Assembly: GCF_009914755.1 (NCBI RefSeq)
Contig: NC_060926.1
Length of the DNA stretch: 64,000 nt
From: the human T2T-CHM13v2.0 reference genome, Homo sapiens
Direction: 5' to 3' (one strand)
Shown here: positions 30,032 to 43,998 of the stretch, in pieces
Position numbering within the stretch: the first letter of the stretch is position 1
Layout of the letters: each line of letters starts with the position of its first letter
Program-made: the position numbers and the translations under genes
Notes under the pieces: model-generated
Told to the model about the DNA's origin: nothing
The model's database searches: none
Seen by the model: only the letters and a program-made list of their open reading frames with translations

Positions 30032-31638
30032 AAAAACTCACTGGTTAATTCAAAATATTTTAATGGTTTCTGAATTTGTATATAATACAATAGCTGTGTT
30101 AGGCAAAGCTTCTTATCTTCATTTTATCTCTTCTGTTAAATTGCAACTTCCTTGAAGACAGAGACTCAGGATGATTTACTATCATTGGTATAATCTGTGA
30201 GTCAGGTAAAGATTTTCTGAATTCTAGCTCCATCACTTGAGTTTTTTTCGACTATGAAAGTTGATTTGGACTCCTACTCCCTGTGTATATAAAAATGGGT
30301 GCAATTGTGAATATTTCATCTTCAAAATGAAGATTAAATGATAGAATGCATGTGAAGCACCTATTAGTGGAATGATTGTTGTATCTGGTACATCGTGTTT
30401 CTTTGTGACTATATTCTGTTACGTGAACCAGCACCCCTGGCTTCTGAAACTAGTGCAGCCTCAATGGGCATATGGTAAGCTAAGATTTTAAAATAGCAAC
30501 CACGATAATTTTTCATCATCTAATTTTTGAAAGTGATTGTTTAGAACAGACCGCACTTGCTCTACTTCCAGATTCTGACACTAACAAATTGTTTCCTGAA
30601 TAATTGAAAAGTGATTCTTCACCGAATTGCCCATTAACTGTGCTATTTTCTTTAGACTGCTCACAAAATAAATAAGGCTGGAGTTTGAGAGAGAGTGATA
30701 ATAAATTTTGTCACTCTCTTAGGCTTTAAGTGATGGATTCTTGTTGGATTTTACTATAAATTCAAGGCACTAAATGCCATCTTGTGCATTTTATTTGACC
30801 TTGTGTTAATACAGATTGAAAGCAACCAATATCAAGATGTCTCTTCCCCAAAATAAAAGGAGAGATATAAAATAAAAAATAACTGGGTTAAAAAGTAGAA
30901 CTGAGTAATCTTATGAAATAAATATTTCATTCAAGATTTTAGGTAAAGGGAAATCTGAGAGAATATCTATTTCCTGCTATGTAATAAATACATAGAATAT
31001 ACAAAAAGAGATAGATAGATTTCCCTGAGCAGACTTGGAGTAATTATTGTGTGCATGCCTAATTACTAAGGTAAAGGGAAAATTTTAACTTGAGTGTGAA
31101 ATTTTAAAGACAAATAATTCTCCGAACTACTAGGACTATTTTTAATATTTTCCAAAATTTTATAAACTCAGCAACTAGATTAAATGAAGTCAATATTACA
31201 ACACTTCCTCTGAAATAGGCATGTTTAACTCAAGAATAATTTTGATGTGTTTAATATTTGGCTAGTTCTTGCGTTTTGTATTTTTTATTATTTTAATTTT
31301 TACTTTTTAGTGTATTTATTACATTTTTCTTTGTACTAGATAGAAAATTGTACACTCATATCTGGTATTTCAGTGCTTAGCACAAATATTCTAACATTTG
31401 CATGTGTTCACATAATACTTACATAATAAATAATAATACCTAAACTAATCAATATTATAAATCCTCTGCATTTCAATTTAAGGAATTTAAGCATCTTTAA
31501 TTTCAATTACCCATTTGTAACTGATATTATTTATTAATAGTAGTACTATTTATTTTTGGAATCTTTTCAACTCTTTCTTGAATTAAATCCTTTAGGAGTT
31601 ATTTTATGAGTGTTTATTGATAAAATATTCTCTTAACC

Positions 31639-31955
31639 TTGTTTTTGTTTTTGTTTTAATTAAGAGACAAGGTCTCAATCTGATGCCCAGGCTGGAGTGC
31701 AGTGGCACAACCATAGCTCACTGCAGCCTCAAACTCCTGGCTCAAGCAATCTTCCCACCTGAGCTTCCTGAGTAGCTAGGACTAAAGGTGCACCCTGTCA
31801 TTCCTCATCTAATATGTTTTACATACGTATTTTATTTTTTGTAGAGACAGGGTCTCTTTTGTCCAGACTGGTCTCAAACTCTTGGCTTCAAGCGATTCTC
31901 CTGTCTCAGCTTCCTAAAGGTCTGGGATTACAGGTGTGAGCCATAGCACCCGGCC
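31639..31955 (-). mobile_element. AluJ, antisense, within degraded old L1 sequence
   Basis: atagctcactgcagcctcaaactcctgg AluJ-type sequence; tctcttaa on both flanks. Confidence 0.92.
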
Positions 31956-33106
31956 TCTCTTAAGTTTTATATTTTTTGGACATTGATTTGTTTTTACCAT
32001 CATGCAGTATGGAATTTTAGGATGATACATTTTTGATCATCCCTTTGAACATATTATACCAGTGTAAGCTGTTTTATATTGTTAATTATGAGACCTATTC
32101 TGTCAGTCTTATTATTGTTTTTTTGGTAGCTAGCTTATTGTTCTTTATCTGTATTTTAAAAATCTATTTGCTTTGGTACTTCGCATTTTTTATTATTAAG
32201 CATTCAGGGATCTTTGTTTACGAATTATGTAATTTGTGGGTCCTTGAAATTTTAGAATCTGAAGATATATGTTATCTATTAATGCTAGAAAATATTGTGT
32301 CAATATATCTTTAAATATTTTTCAATCCAATTTTTCTGCACTGTTCATTTATTATTTTATTTAGATATTTAATGACAACTCATTCTATTAATTGTGCTGC
32401 CTTTCCTTATTATTAATCTCTTTTCCCTCTATTTTTTATTCTGAGTAATTTTATTATATTTATGTCAATGATTAAATACATATATACACACACACACATA
32501 CTCATACATACACAAGTATATATATATATATTTTTTCTTAGAGTGTTACTTGCTACCTTAATATTTATTTACCAGTCTCTCTGATCTTTCTTGGTGGACT
32601 CTCATTCCTTGGTTTTACATTTTAATACTCTATTTTATTTCATTAAATAATAGCAACCTAATAAATTTTAATATTTTATTTAGTAATTCCCATATCTGCT
32701 ATATGGGTGGGCCTACCTGTCATTTTATGGAGGTTTTTATTGTACTGTTCATCCATTTATAGTTCATAATTCTTGGAGATTTACTTGCCAGAATCCTTCA
32801 ACATGAGTTTAGCTAGATTCTGCTAGAAGATTATTCTTAAGTGTAATTAATTCCAAGCAGATTTTATACATTCTGGTCTCAAACACATGTGAGAGTCAGT
32901 TGGCTATTTAGAATTATCATGGGAGAATTTTTCTTCGTGTTCTATTTTCTTCATGATTACTACATGATTTCTTTCTGAATATTTATAACTATGAAGAAAT
33001 GCACACACCAATGAAATTTTAACAAATTCACTTACTCGTCATTTAACTTTAGATGGGTATAACATTAAGCTGCACTTATCCATTGAGTCCTTGTATATCC
33101 AATAAA

Positions 33107-33170
33107 TAGGTTGGTGCAAAATTTATTGCCGTTTTGGCAAAAACGGCAATAAATTTTGCACCAACATAAT
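33107..33170. mobile_element. MADE1 (Hsmar1-derived MITE), internally shortened perfect hairpin
   Basis: taggttggtgcaaaa...ttttgcaccaac; 26-bp perfect arms with a 4-nt loop. Confidence 0.92.
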
Positions 33171-33189
33171 AGAAACTAGAACATTCTTA

Positions 33190-34150
33190 TATAGGATCAT
33201 GGTGAGAAATAAGTGGAATAAAATATTTCATATTAAAGTATAATGTATGGAAACAATTAGATAACACCCACTAGCAAAAAATAAAAAATTACTTGGATTT
33301 ATACCTGACATATTACACAGAATCAAATCCAAAAGATTTTTTATTCAATTTTAAAAAACAAGATAATTAACTTTTGAAAATACCATGAAGAATATCTTTA
33401 TAACTTGGTGTAAGTAAAATTTTTATATAGAACATAGAAAGCACTAACAATAAAGGAAAATATGGGTAAATTGGAATATATTAAAACGATATTTTTTCAC
33501 AAAAATGAGAATGAACAGGAAATCCAGTAAGGAAAATATTTGCAAAATATTTATTACATATATATGTATATATAGTTATATATACATTTGTGTGAGTACA
33601 TATATCTATATATATAGTTCAAAAACATAATAAAACTAATTTCTGGTGTTACAGGTCAGGATAGTGCTAGTTTGGGGAACAAGAGGTAATGACAAAAAGG
33701 CACAAGGGGCTCATGGGTACAGGTAATGTCCTAGTCCTTGACCTTGGTACTGGCCATTCCACATTGCTCACCTGGTGAAGAGCCATTGAACTTCATTTGC
33801 GATGTGTGCGTAAGTCTCTATTTGTGTTATATTTTAATTACATTTTCTTAAAGCAAATATTTCTTGACATCTCTAAATAGGAATATATCTCATTGATAAA
33901 TTAGAATACATTAAAATGATAATCTTTAGTTTATAAAAATAAGAATAATGAAAAGGCAGTCCTGTATAGATAATATTTGCAAAAAGTATATTACATATAT
34001 ATTTCATACAAATTTATATAAAGTTATGTACATACAAAAATATATAAATAATCCATATACATAAAACACAGAAAACCCAATAGTAAAATGAGGAAAAATA
34101 TTGAGCCTGGTTTTGGAAAAGTGATATTGGAAATTAGTGACAACTGGAAA
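33190..34150 (+). mobile_element. Degraded ancient L1 (L1ME-like) 3' fragments
   Basis: A-rich sequence with aaagcactaacaataaagg and ggtcaggatagtg...ggtaatgtcctagtccttgacct motifs. Confidence 0.55.
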
Positions 34151-34326
34151 TTTTATATTTTCTGTGCAGACGACACCAATCGGCTTCTGTCTAAAGCTCT
34201 GTTGCATCATTATCAGTCCTTACATTTTATTTTTCTCATAGAGATGAAGACATTTTTATTTTGATGGAATATCTTTCTATTTTAAAACTCCAACAAAACT
34301 CAAGCAAGTATAAAAACTATGCAGGC

Positions 34327-37110
34327 CATTTCTTCTAGATTTTCTAGTTTATACGCATAAGGTGTTTATAGTATTCTCTGATGGTTGTTTGTAAATTCCT
34401 GGACACATACACCTTCCCAAGACTTAACCAGGAAGAAATTGAATCTCCAAATGGACCAATAATGAGTTAGGAAACTGAGGTAATAATGAATAGCCTACCA
34501 ACTGAAAAAAAGCCCAGGACTAGATAGATGTACAGCTCAATTCTACCAGAGGTATGAAGAAGAGCTGTTACCATTTCTACTGAAACTGCTCCAAAAAATG
34601 GAAAAGGAAGATCTCTTTGCTAACTCACTGTATTAGGCCAGCATCGCCCTGATACCAAAACCTGGCAGACATACAACAAAAAGAAAACTTCAGGCCAATA
34701 TCCCCAATGAACTTCAGTGCAGAAATCCTCAATAAAATACCGGCAAACCGAATCCAGCAGCACATCAAAAAGCTTATCCGTCATGATTGAGTTGGCTTCA
34801 TCCCCAGGATGCAAGGTTGGTTCAACATATGCAAATCAATAAACGCAAGTCATCACATAAACAGAACTAAAGATAAAAACCACATAATTATCTCAATAGA
34901 TGTAGAAAATGCCTTGGATAAAATTCAACATTGCCTCATGTTAAAAACTCTCAGTAAACTAGGTACTGGAGGAACATACCTCAAAATAGTAAGAGCCATG
35001 TATGACAAACCCACAGCCAATATCATACTGAATGGGCAAAAGCTGGAAGGAGTCCCTTTGAAAACTGACACAAGACAAGGATGCCCTCTCTCAGCACTCC
35101 TGCTCAACACAATATTGCAACTTCTGGCCAGGGCAATCAGACAAGATAAATAAATAAAGGATATTCAAATACAGAGAAAGGAAGACAAAATATCTTTGTT
35201 AGCAGGTGACATGATCCTGTATCTAGAAAACCCCATTGTCTCAGCCCAAAAGCTTCTTAAGCTAATAAGCAACTTCAGCAGTCTCAGGATACAAAATCAA
35301 TGTGCAAAAATCTCCAGAATTTCTATACACCAACAACAGGCAGGCAGAGAGCCAAATCATGAATGAGCTCCCATTGCTACAAAAAGAATAAAATACTTAA
35401 AAATATGGCCAACAAGGGAAGTGAAGAAACTCTTCAAAGAGAATTACAAGCTACTGCTCAAGGAAGTCAGAGAGGACACAAAAAATGGAAAAATATTCCA
35501 TGCTCATGGATAGGAAGCATCAATATTGTGGAAATGGCCATACTACCCAAAGTAATTTATAGATTCATTGCTTTTTCCATTAAACTACCATTGACATTTT
35601 TGCAGAACTAGAAGAAATTATTTTAAAATTCATATGGAACCCAAAAAGAGCCAGAATAGCCAAGAAAATGCTAAGCAAAAGTACAAAGCTGGAGGTATCA
35701 TGCTACCTGACTTCAAACTATGCTACAAGGATACAGTAACCAAAACAGCATGGTACTGGTACAAAAACAGACACATAGACCAATGGAACAGAATAAGAAC
35801 TCAGAAATAAGACTGCACACCTACAACAATCTGATTTTCAACAAAACTGACAAAAACAAGCAGTGGGAAAAGGATTCCCTATTTAATAAACAGTGTTGGG
35901 ATAACTGGCTAGTCATATGCAGAACAATGAAACTAGAACTCTTCCTTACACCTTATACAGAAATTAACTCAAGATAGATTAAAGACTTAAATGTAAAACC
36001 CAAAACTATAAAAACCCTATAAGAAAATCTAGGCAATATTATTCAGGACATAGACATGGGCAAAGATTTCATAACAAAAACATCAAAAGTAATTGTGACA
36101 AAAGAAAAAATTGACAAATGGGATCTAATTAAACAAAAGAGCTTCTGCACAGCAAAATAAGCTATCCTCAGAGTGAACGGACAACCTACAGAATGAGGGA
36201 AAATTTTAGCAATCTATTCATCTGACAAAGATCTAATATTCAGAGTATACTTAAACAAATTTACAGGAAAAAAACACACAACCCCATTAAAAAGTCAGCA
36301 AAGGACATGAACAGATACTTCTCAAAAGCTAAACATCACTAATCATTAGGGAAATGCAAATCAAAACCACTAATGAGATACCATCTCATGCCGGTCAGAA
36401 TGGTGATTACTAAAAATTCTAGAAACAACAGATGCTGGCAAGGTTGTGGAGAAAAAGGAACGCTTTTACACTGTTGGTGGGAGCATAAATTAGTTCAACC
36501 ATTGTGGAAGACAGTGTGGCGATTCCTCAAAGACCTAGAAAAAGAAATACCATTTGAACCAGTAATCCCATTATTGGGTATATACCCAAACGAATATAAA
36601 TCATTCTATTACAAAGATACATGCACATATATGTTCATTGCAGCACTATTTACAATAGCTAAGACACGGAATCAACCCAAATGCACATCAATGATAGAAT
36701 AGATAAAGAAAATATGTTACATATGCACCATGGAATACTATGCAGCCATGAAAAGGAATGAGATCATGTTTTTGGCAGGGATATGGATGGAGCTGGAAGC
36801 CATTATCCTCAGCAAACTAATGCAAGAACAGAAAACCAAACACCATATGTTCTTACTTATAAGTGGGAGTTGAACCATGAGAACACTTGGACACATGGCA
36901 GGGAAAAACACACAGTGGGGCCTGCTGGGGCAGGGGTGGGGGGAGGGAGAGAATGAGGAAGAATAGCTGATGGATGCTGGGCTTAATACCCAGGTGATGG
37001 GTTGATCTGTGCAGCAAACCACCAGGGTACACCTTCACCTGTGTAACAAACCTGCGCTTCCTGCACATGTACTCTGGAATTTAAAATAAAAGTTGAAGTA
37101 AAAAAAAATA
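34327..37110 (+). mobile_element. 5'-truncated L1PA12/13-like element with a short 5' inversion (34327-34393)
   Basis: ORF2p RT fragments ([17 protein letters not shown]) and 3' UTR; diverged TSD taaaaactatgcaggcca / taaaaacctatataggcca. Confidence 0.95.
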
Positions 37111-39090
37111 AAAAACCTATATAGGCCAATACTACGTATCTGCTCGACAGATTCTGCATTAAGACCATAAATTTGTAATCTGTTATTTATAAATTTCTTT
37201 AATAGGATGTTTAAGGTATTAAAATATCAATTGTGAAGAACTGAAAATAAATCCAAAATAAATGACATAAATTTTATTAAATGGTTAACTAAAACAAATT
37301 TTATTAGAGATAGCATTTACGAGTACAGCTATAACTAAAGTAAAATTCTAGTGTTATTTGTCATTTAAAAAGAAGTTCTTTATAGATTCCTTAATCCTAT
37401 ATGGTTAATGGAATATTTCTGTGATGGTCAGTATTGTTTCTATGCTCCATTTTTGAAAGATGCATTGGCAACAGGGTTTTAACTAAAGCATCATTTGGAA
37501 AAATCTTCATTTACAATATTACTGCTGTATTTGTAGCAAAAAGTAAAACAATTTATTTAAATATGTCTGAAATGTATATTTGAGTCATTGAATACATAAT
37601 TATATCAAGGTACAATTAAAATGGGACCAATAATTATTATATTTAGACAGAGTTTTCTCACATTGTTCCATATTGTTAGCAAGGATGTGCATATTAGAAT
37701 AATATTTTGTTTACTGTTTTGGTAGCAGTGTGGCAGGTAAGGGTACTCTGCCGTTATTGTGCACACAATCTCCAAGAAACAGCCTAAACTCTCTGATCCT
37801 CAGTTGTGTCATCTGTAAGACGGAGGTAATGATACCGTTTTTCCTCAAGACCTAGCTGTGAATACTAAACAATTTGATACTTGTAGTATACCTAAGAATA
37901 GTGTTTGGCACAGAAAAATTACTAATAAATGGTAGCTCATATGACTAGTTACAGTGTTCTATATATATGTAGTCAGGTCTTTGACTAGTAATAAAATAAT
38001 CAATTAAAACACCTGGTTTTATAAAACCCCAACAAGACTCTCGGGTTTTATTGTCTTTGTTTTCAAAATCTCAAGATAAATTATTGCAACTTTCTACATC
38101 ACTTGAAGAGTAAACATGAATGATTTTACACGTTTTAAAATATCTAATGAGGAATTGCAATTTAAAAATTGTGATAATTGTGATGGGTACTTTAAAATAA
38201 AATTAATTACTTTTTTCTTTCTTTGTATTTTGAAAAATGTTTATCATGTAGAAATAAAAGAGTAGTGTTTTGCATACTCATATGCTTGTCACTTAGATTG
38301 GCCAATTAATATTTTAAAAAATATTTGCTTTACCTATTTTTAATTCGCTAAAATGCATAACATACAGACATCATATAATTTTACCCTTAAATAATATATA
38401 ATCTGAAAGGCAAATATTGAATTTTTACTTTACTATAATGTATATGCTCAGGCAAATCACAAAGTAAATAGTTTGTGAACAAATACATAAAAATATCACA
38501 GTACTACATTTGATAGTGTAATATTCAACTAAAAATTTGTCAGAATGATTACATTCATGCAATTTCAACAGCCTGTAACATTGTGTGTAATGTTGTTGGA
38601 CATATACATTTCTATAGAAATTTATCTCTTACTTTATTTATTGAAAGCAGTTTGCCATCTTATTAGAAATTATGATAAATGCTAATAATAACTCACATTG
38701 CCAGAAATCTATCTTTTTCTTACAACCTAGTTTTTCATTTTAACTAAGGTGGTTTTATTAAATATATAGATATTATAATTTAGGCTTACTGTATTCAAAA
38801 TTGTAATTTATTTATATTTAAAAAGATAATAAAATTATGAAAGGGGTATTCAGCATAAATCTCTTTCTGTCCTGACAAACTTCCTTCAGTTTACATCTAC
38901 TCTTGAACACATATAGAAATGTTCCACTGTTATTACCTTATTGTCATACCAGTCAGGGCTAGTCTGACAACTGAAGTAATGCTAAGTATTAGAAAAAAGA
39001 ATTTTAATATAGGTAAATGGTTACAAAATTTCTTTCAAGTCCTTTAGGAAATAAAGGAAAGATGGCATGCAAAAGAACTTCTGGGCATAT

Positions 39091-39187
39091 TGAATTAAAA
39101 AAAAGTTATATATTATCTGAACAGTAAAAGATTTAAGATATGAATTAAAAAAGTTATATATTATCTGAACAATAAAAGATTAAGATA
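39091..39187. repeat. ~48-bp tandem duplication within an old L1 fragment (~39000-39530)
   Basis: tgaattaaaaaa(aa)gttatatattatctgaaca.taaaagatt(t)aagata occurs twice. Confidence 0.9.
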
Positions 39188-41425
39188 CTTATCCTAATTG
39201 CCACATAGAGAACACTGTACCCAATAACTATAGAATGCTTATTATTTAAAGACATTCATTAAAATTTACCAAAATTAACTATATGCCAGGCTATAAAGAC
39301 TTAACCTATTTTAAACGATAAATACCATATATTTTTATCCAGGAAAATGTATTTTCTGATCAGTCCAAAATAAACTAGAAATCAATAATACAAAGATAAC
39401 TATAAAATGTCTAGCCACTGGGAAATAAGGGAATGAACTTCTGATTGGTAAAATAAGAAATCAAAATGTAAATTGAAAAATGTTTTGAACTGAACAATAA
39501 TAAAAATATTACACGAAAACTTGTGGATTATACGTGCATACTACTTCCATTGTGAGAACTGACAAAAAAAGGTCTCATTTTAATAAGAAAAATACCTGTG
39601 ACCACATCCTTTATCAAAGTAGCAATTTTTACAAATAGTTGCAATTACTAGAGAAAGAAAGATGAAGTGAAATTAATTTTAAAATATCTGGATCAATATA
39701 GATACAGTTACAGACACTTCAGTTTGTTAGGGGGTGGGTAACAACTTTTATGCTTTAGTTCTTAACCACGCATTAACTATGACGTCCTATGATGTTGCCT
39801 ACTGGAATGCCTAGATTATAGAATAATTTGAAGAGTATTTTTTGAATGAAAACAATGCTGTAAAACTGATTACAGTTTTCCTAAAATGTCATTATCTCTC
39901 ACAGCTTTACATCTATCCTTGCTTGTTGTGTTCTGTGACCTTTTGTAGCTCTCCCCTTTCATAATTGAAAAACCATTCTTCCTTCAAAAACTTCACCTCA
40001 GATGACATCTCTTGATCTTTCTTCAGCACAGTGCAGGAAGCTCTTAAGACAGTGGGAGCTCTAAGAATGTAAAGCATTATTACTATTATTTGCCAAAGAA
40101 CCAACCCATATTTCCTCCTAGGAAAACTGGTATAAAAATGTGTGCATTCATGCCTGAATTCTCTCCCTAAATTCTTGTAAAACAATTATTACTATATTGT
40201 TATAGTTTTTCTTATCATTTTATTTTAGTAATTATAAGTGTGGAGCTTAAAACACACCTAGTATAATGTGGTATGTACGATATATGTTATGTATAGGTTT
40301 CCTCAAATCATTTTCACACCCATTATTCTGTCCTATTGTTACTGAGGAGCAAAATACCTCAGAAATCTAAATTTAAAAAATTAACAGTTTGTAAAACTAA
40401 TATTTTAGACCTAATTATATCTAAGATTCAAGAGGAATATAATCCAACCACATATTTTAAAATCTATTATAAGACATGTTAGGCAATTGTTATATTATTA
40501 TCTGCTTTACTTCACAAAACAGCTATTGCTGATAATTATGATTCTTAATTTGTACAAAAATGATTATATAAAATTAGATTAAGTGACTTGTCAAGGTTAC
40601 AGAGTAGAAATCTAATTCCAAAATTATCAGATGCTAAGTCCTGTATGTCCACTTTCATCTTTCCTAAAGGAGATCCAGAAAGTAAAGGTGAAAAAGTAAA
40701 AGAATAAAATTTCCTGTTTCAAAGTTGATTAGAAAGAATATAAGTCTGAATGCAGTATCTTGGTTTAGTTTGCCAAATTTTCCCTTCCCCTGTGGAAATA
40801 GCTATAACATTATTTCTTATGCATGAATCAATCTTCCCTGGAAGAATCCTGTGTGGTAATATATGATGAATACAGAATGTTCCCCAAACATATGGATACG
40901 ATAAGCACAGCCATATACCGGGTAGACTAAGGATTCTATCACATTTCATGAACTGAAATTAAAGTCAAATGATTTATGAGTTCAACACCATTTATATACA
41001 TACAAATTATTTCTCAGAAACATCCTGTCTCTTAGAAAGTATAACATTTTAAATGGAATTAACTTAGGCCTCGATAATATAGTTCTTAGTACTCACTCCC
41101 TAATAACCTTCTACCAATTCATTTTTTCATAGCGAAATTTAAAAAATACAACTTTGAATTCTCAAAATCTATTGTTGTTGTTATTATTATTATTGCTGTT
41201 GCTTCACTCATGTTTGTTTGCCACTTGAAAATTAGCCACACTTAGGAAAGCACATTTGAAAACGTTGCAAATCAAATGCCATACTATAGCTGTGAACTTG
41301 GGAAGAATTCAGGCCAGAAGGAGAATACTGTCTTGCAGTGCGTGCCATTTGTGACATTTCTAAAAAAACATACCTATACAGTGAAAAACATTTCTAAACA
41401 CATGAGCGGAAGTATTTATCAAATG

Positions 41426-41562
41426 CTTTTTTTTTTTTAATAGATGAAGGTCTCACTTTACTGCCAGGCTGGTCTTGAACTCCTGGCCTCAAATGATCTT
41501 CCCATCCCACCTTGGCCTCCCAAAACACTGGGATTGCAGACGTGAGCCACTGCACCTAACCT
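41426..41562 (-). mobile_element. FLAM / Alu left monomer
   Basis: Poly-T followed by a single reverse Alu left arm; tcaaatg on both flanks. Confidence 0.85.
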
Positions 41563-41642
41563 CAAATGTCTTTCTTTACAAAGATTGGTTTGCTAAGACT
41601 TATGATGTTTTTATTTTTGTTTTTTGTTTTTTTTTTCCAGAA

Positions 41643-41990
41643 TGATACGGTTTGGCTGTGTCCCCACCTAAATCTCACCTTGAGTTCCTATGTGCTGTGA
41701 AAGGGACCTGATGGGAGGTAACTGAATCATGGGGGCAGGTCTTTCCTGTGCTCATGATAGTGAGTAAGTCTCAAGAAATCTGATGGTTTTTACAAGGGGG
41801 AATTTTCCTGCACAAGCTCTCTTTGCCTGCTGCCACCCATGTAAGACGTGACTTGCTGCTCATTGCCTTCTGCCGTGATTGTGAAGCTTCCCCAGCAACG
41901 TGGAACAGTAAGTCCAATAAACTTCTTTCTTTTGTAAATTGCCCAGTCTCTGGTATGTCTTTATTAGCAGTGTGAAAACGGACTAATACA
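41643..41990 (+). mobile_element. THE1A-like solo LTR
   Basis: tgatacggtttggctgtgtcccca...ggactaataca; TSD cagaa at 41638-41642 and 41991-41995. Confidence 0.93.
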
Positions 41991-43095
41991 CAGAATAAAA
42001 GTAACTTCAACATGTTTCATTTTCTCTTGGAAAAGTGCTATGCTTAAAAAGATTGTTGCCAAATTTATCTTTCAAAATACAAGTCAGATGTTTTAATTAC
42101 TGTCTTCAGATGATTTCAGTGAGTCCTCAATATTAAAATAATAAAGCAAAACTTCTTTAAATCTTTCAAGCCACTAGAGATCTTGCTGTTTTTTTTTTTA
42201 GCTGTTTAGTCTTATCTCAATACTGTCGCTATAACTAATTTTCTATCAACATTACACTGTCCATACAATTCCTGACAAATAAAGAACACAGGAAGACAAG
42301 CAGGTTCCTCCCCGCAACACCCGACTTTCTTTGATTTCTAAGATAGGACAAGAAAGTCTGATTCATACCAAACAAGAAACTTCTGAAAACATGATGCTGA
42401 GCTTCACAAGTCTCAAGGCTGAGCTGAGTTGTTTACTCATCTAATAGGGACTGCAAGGCCCTCTTGAGCTGGGCATTCGAAACTTCAGTGCATATTTAAC
42501 TACGCACATATTTAGCACCAGTACAGTCTTTTTAAACTAACTTGGAAAAATCTTTCACTAACCAAACCTTGTAACTGATTTGCATCCTGGGTCACTAGCC
42601 ATGTGTGTTGTACTGCATTGCTACATATCTGTGAAAGTGTGGCTTAAAATGAACACATTTTAATAAATTAAAAATCACACCCCTAGTTCAGTTCCCCCAA
42701 TAATATAATAATAAACAAAGTTTTGAGTAGCTTCTGGATAAGGTTGAAGAACAGAGATCAGATTTACCTTCCTACTTGATACAAAAAAGAAAAAAAAAAC
42801 TGGACAAAACTAAGGAAACAATGGTTTCAAGCCATCAGGCAACAAAAGATGGCAACATCTGAGACAGGAAATAGATGATGAGAAAAGAAGCACAGACTAA
42901 AATACAAGAAGAGAGAACATGAATATGGTTGTAAACCAAAAGAGGTTCTCAAATAAACAGCACACTTTTACAATATCTTAAAAAAGGGTATCCTCTATCA
43001 TAAATCCTGAGGACAAATCAATGTATTACCCTGTTAAGGAATGCAAGGTCTATATGAGTGCTGAAGGAGTTACTGTATTCTCCATGTAGCAAATA

Positions 43096-43177
43096 TTAGG
43101 TTGGTGCAAACATAATTGTGATTTTTGACATTACTTTTAATGGCAAGAACCACAATAACTTTTGCACCAACTTAATA
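43096..43177. mobile_element. MADE1, full length, diverged
   Basis: ttaggttggtgcaaa...cattacttttaatggc...tttgcaccaacttaa with TA flanks. Confidence 0.92.
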
Positions 43178-43998
43178 CTTCAATGGGAACATTAAATTTC
43201 CTTGAGCAGTATAACCTATTTCTGTGACAATATTCTAAGACTTAAACTGTTAGAGCGATGTTTCCTATTCTGACGACCATGAGGTGATATTGTTATTAGT
43301 CCTCACTCTGATGATGCTCCAAGTCCTAAATTTAAGTCTTAAGGTTTGATAAATGCCAAGTCCTATTTAAGCTCTTGTGAACCTGATCTACATCAAGAAG
43401 GCTATAAGGTCTAACAGTTAGGAAACTTATACTTCATTTTATCGCCCAACGTATTAGGTCAACAACTGTACATTTTTAAAAGTCTTTATTCCCCCCCACC
43501 CCGCAATATTTAAGCAGGATATTTTATTGTCTCAGATTCTGACAAAAATTTTATCACCTGAAATGTAACAAGATGGAAAAAAATAATGCACGATTCTTGT
43601 TTTTTTATATTCTTCTGTTTAGTGTAATATCATCTGATTACAAAAAGTTCTGTATTTTCATGCAATTTTTTAAATGTATTCTTATTGTCCAATTATGTGA
43701 GATGTATGGGTAAACTTGATACAAACATCTTATACAGGTTAATATATTTAGTTAGAAATGTGTATTTGGCACCTCTTATGTGCCAGGAAATGTTCTCAGT
43801 GCTAGTTAAAAAGTGATTTTGATGCACCCAAATTCCTAACTATATGAGGTGAATGAATATGTTAATTAGCTTGATTGTTATAATCATTTAATAATATATT
43901 TATATATAAAATAGCAAAACATTGTATACATTAAATATATACAATTTTTATTTGCCAAGTATTCTTCAATACAGCAAGGGAAAAATGAATATACTATC

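Noticed and set aside
43096-43177. Second MADE1 as a named miR-548 gene
   Set aside because: The arms have several unmatched changes and I cannot match it to a specific mature miRNA.
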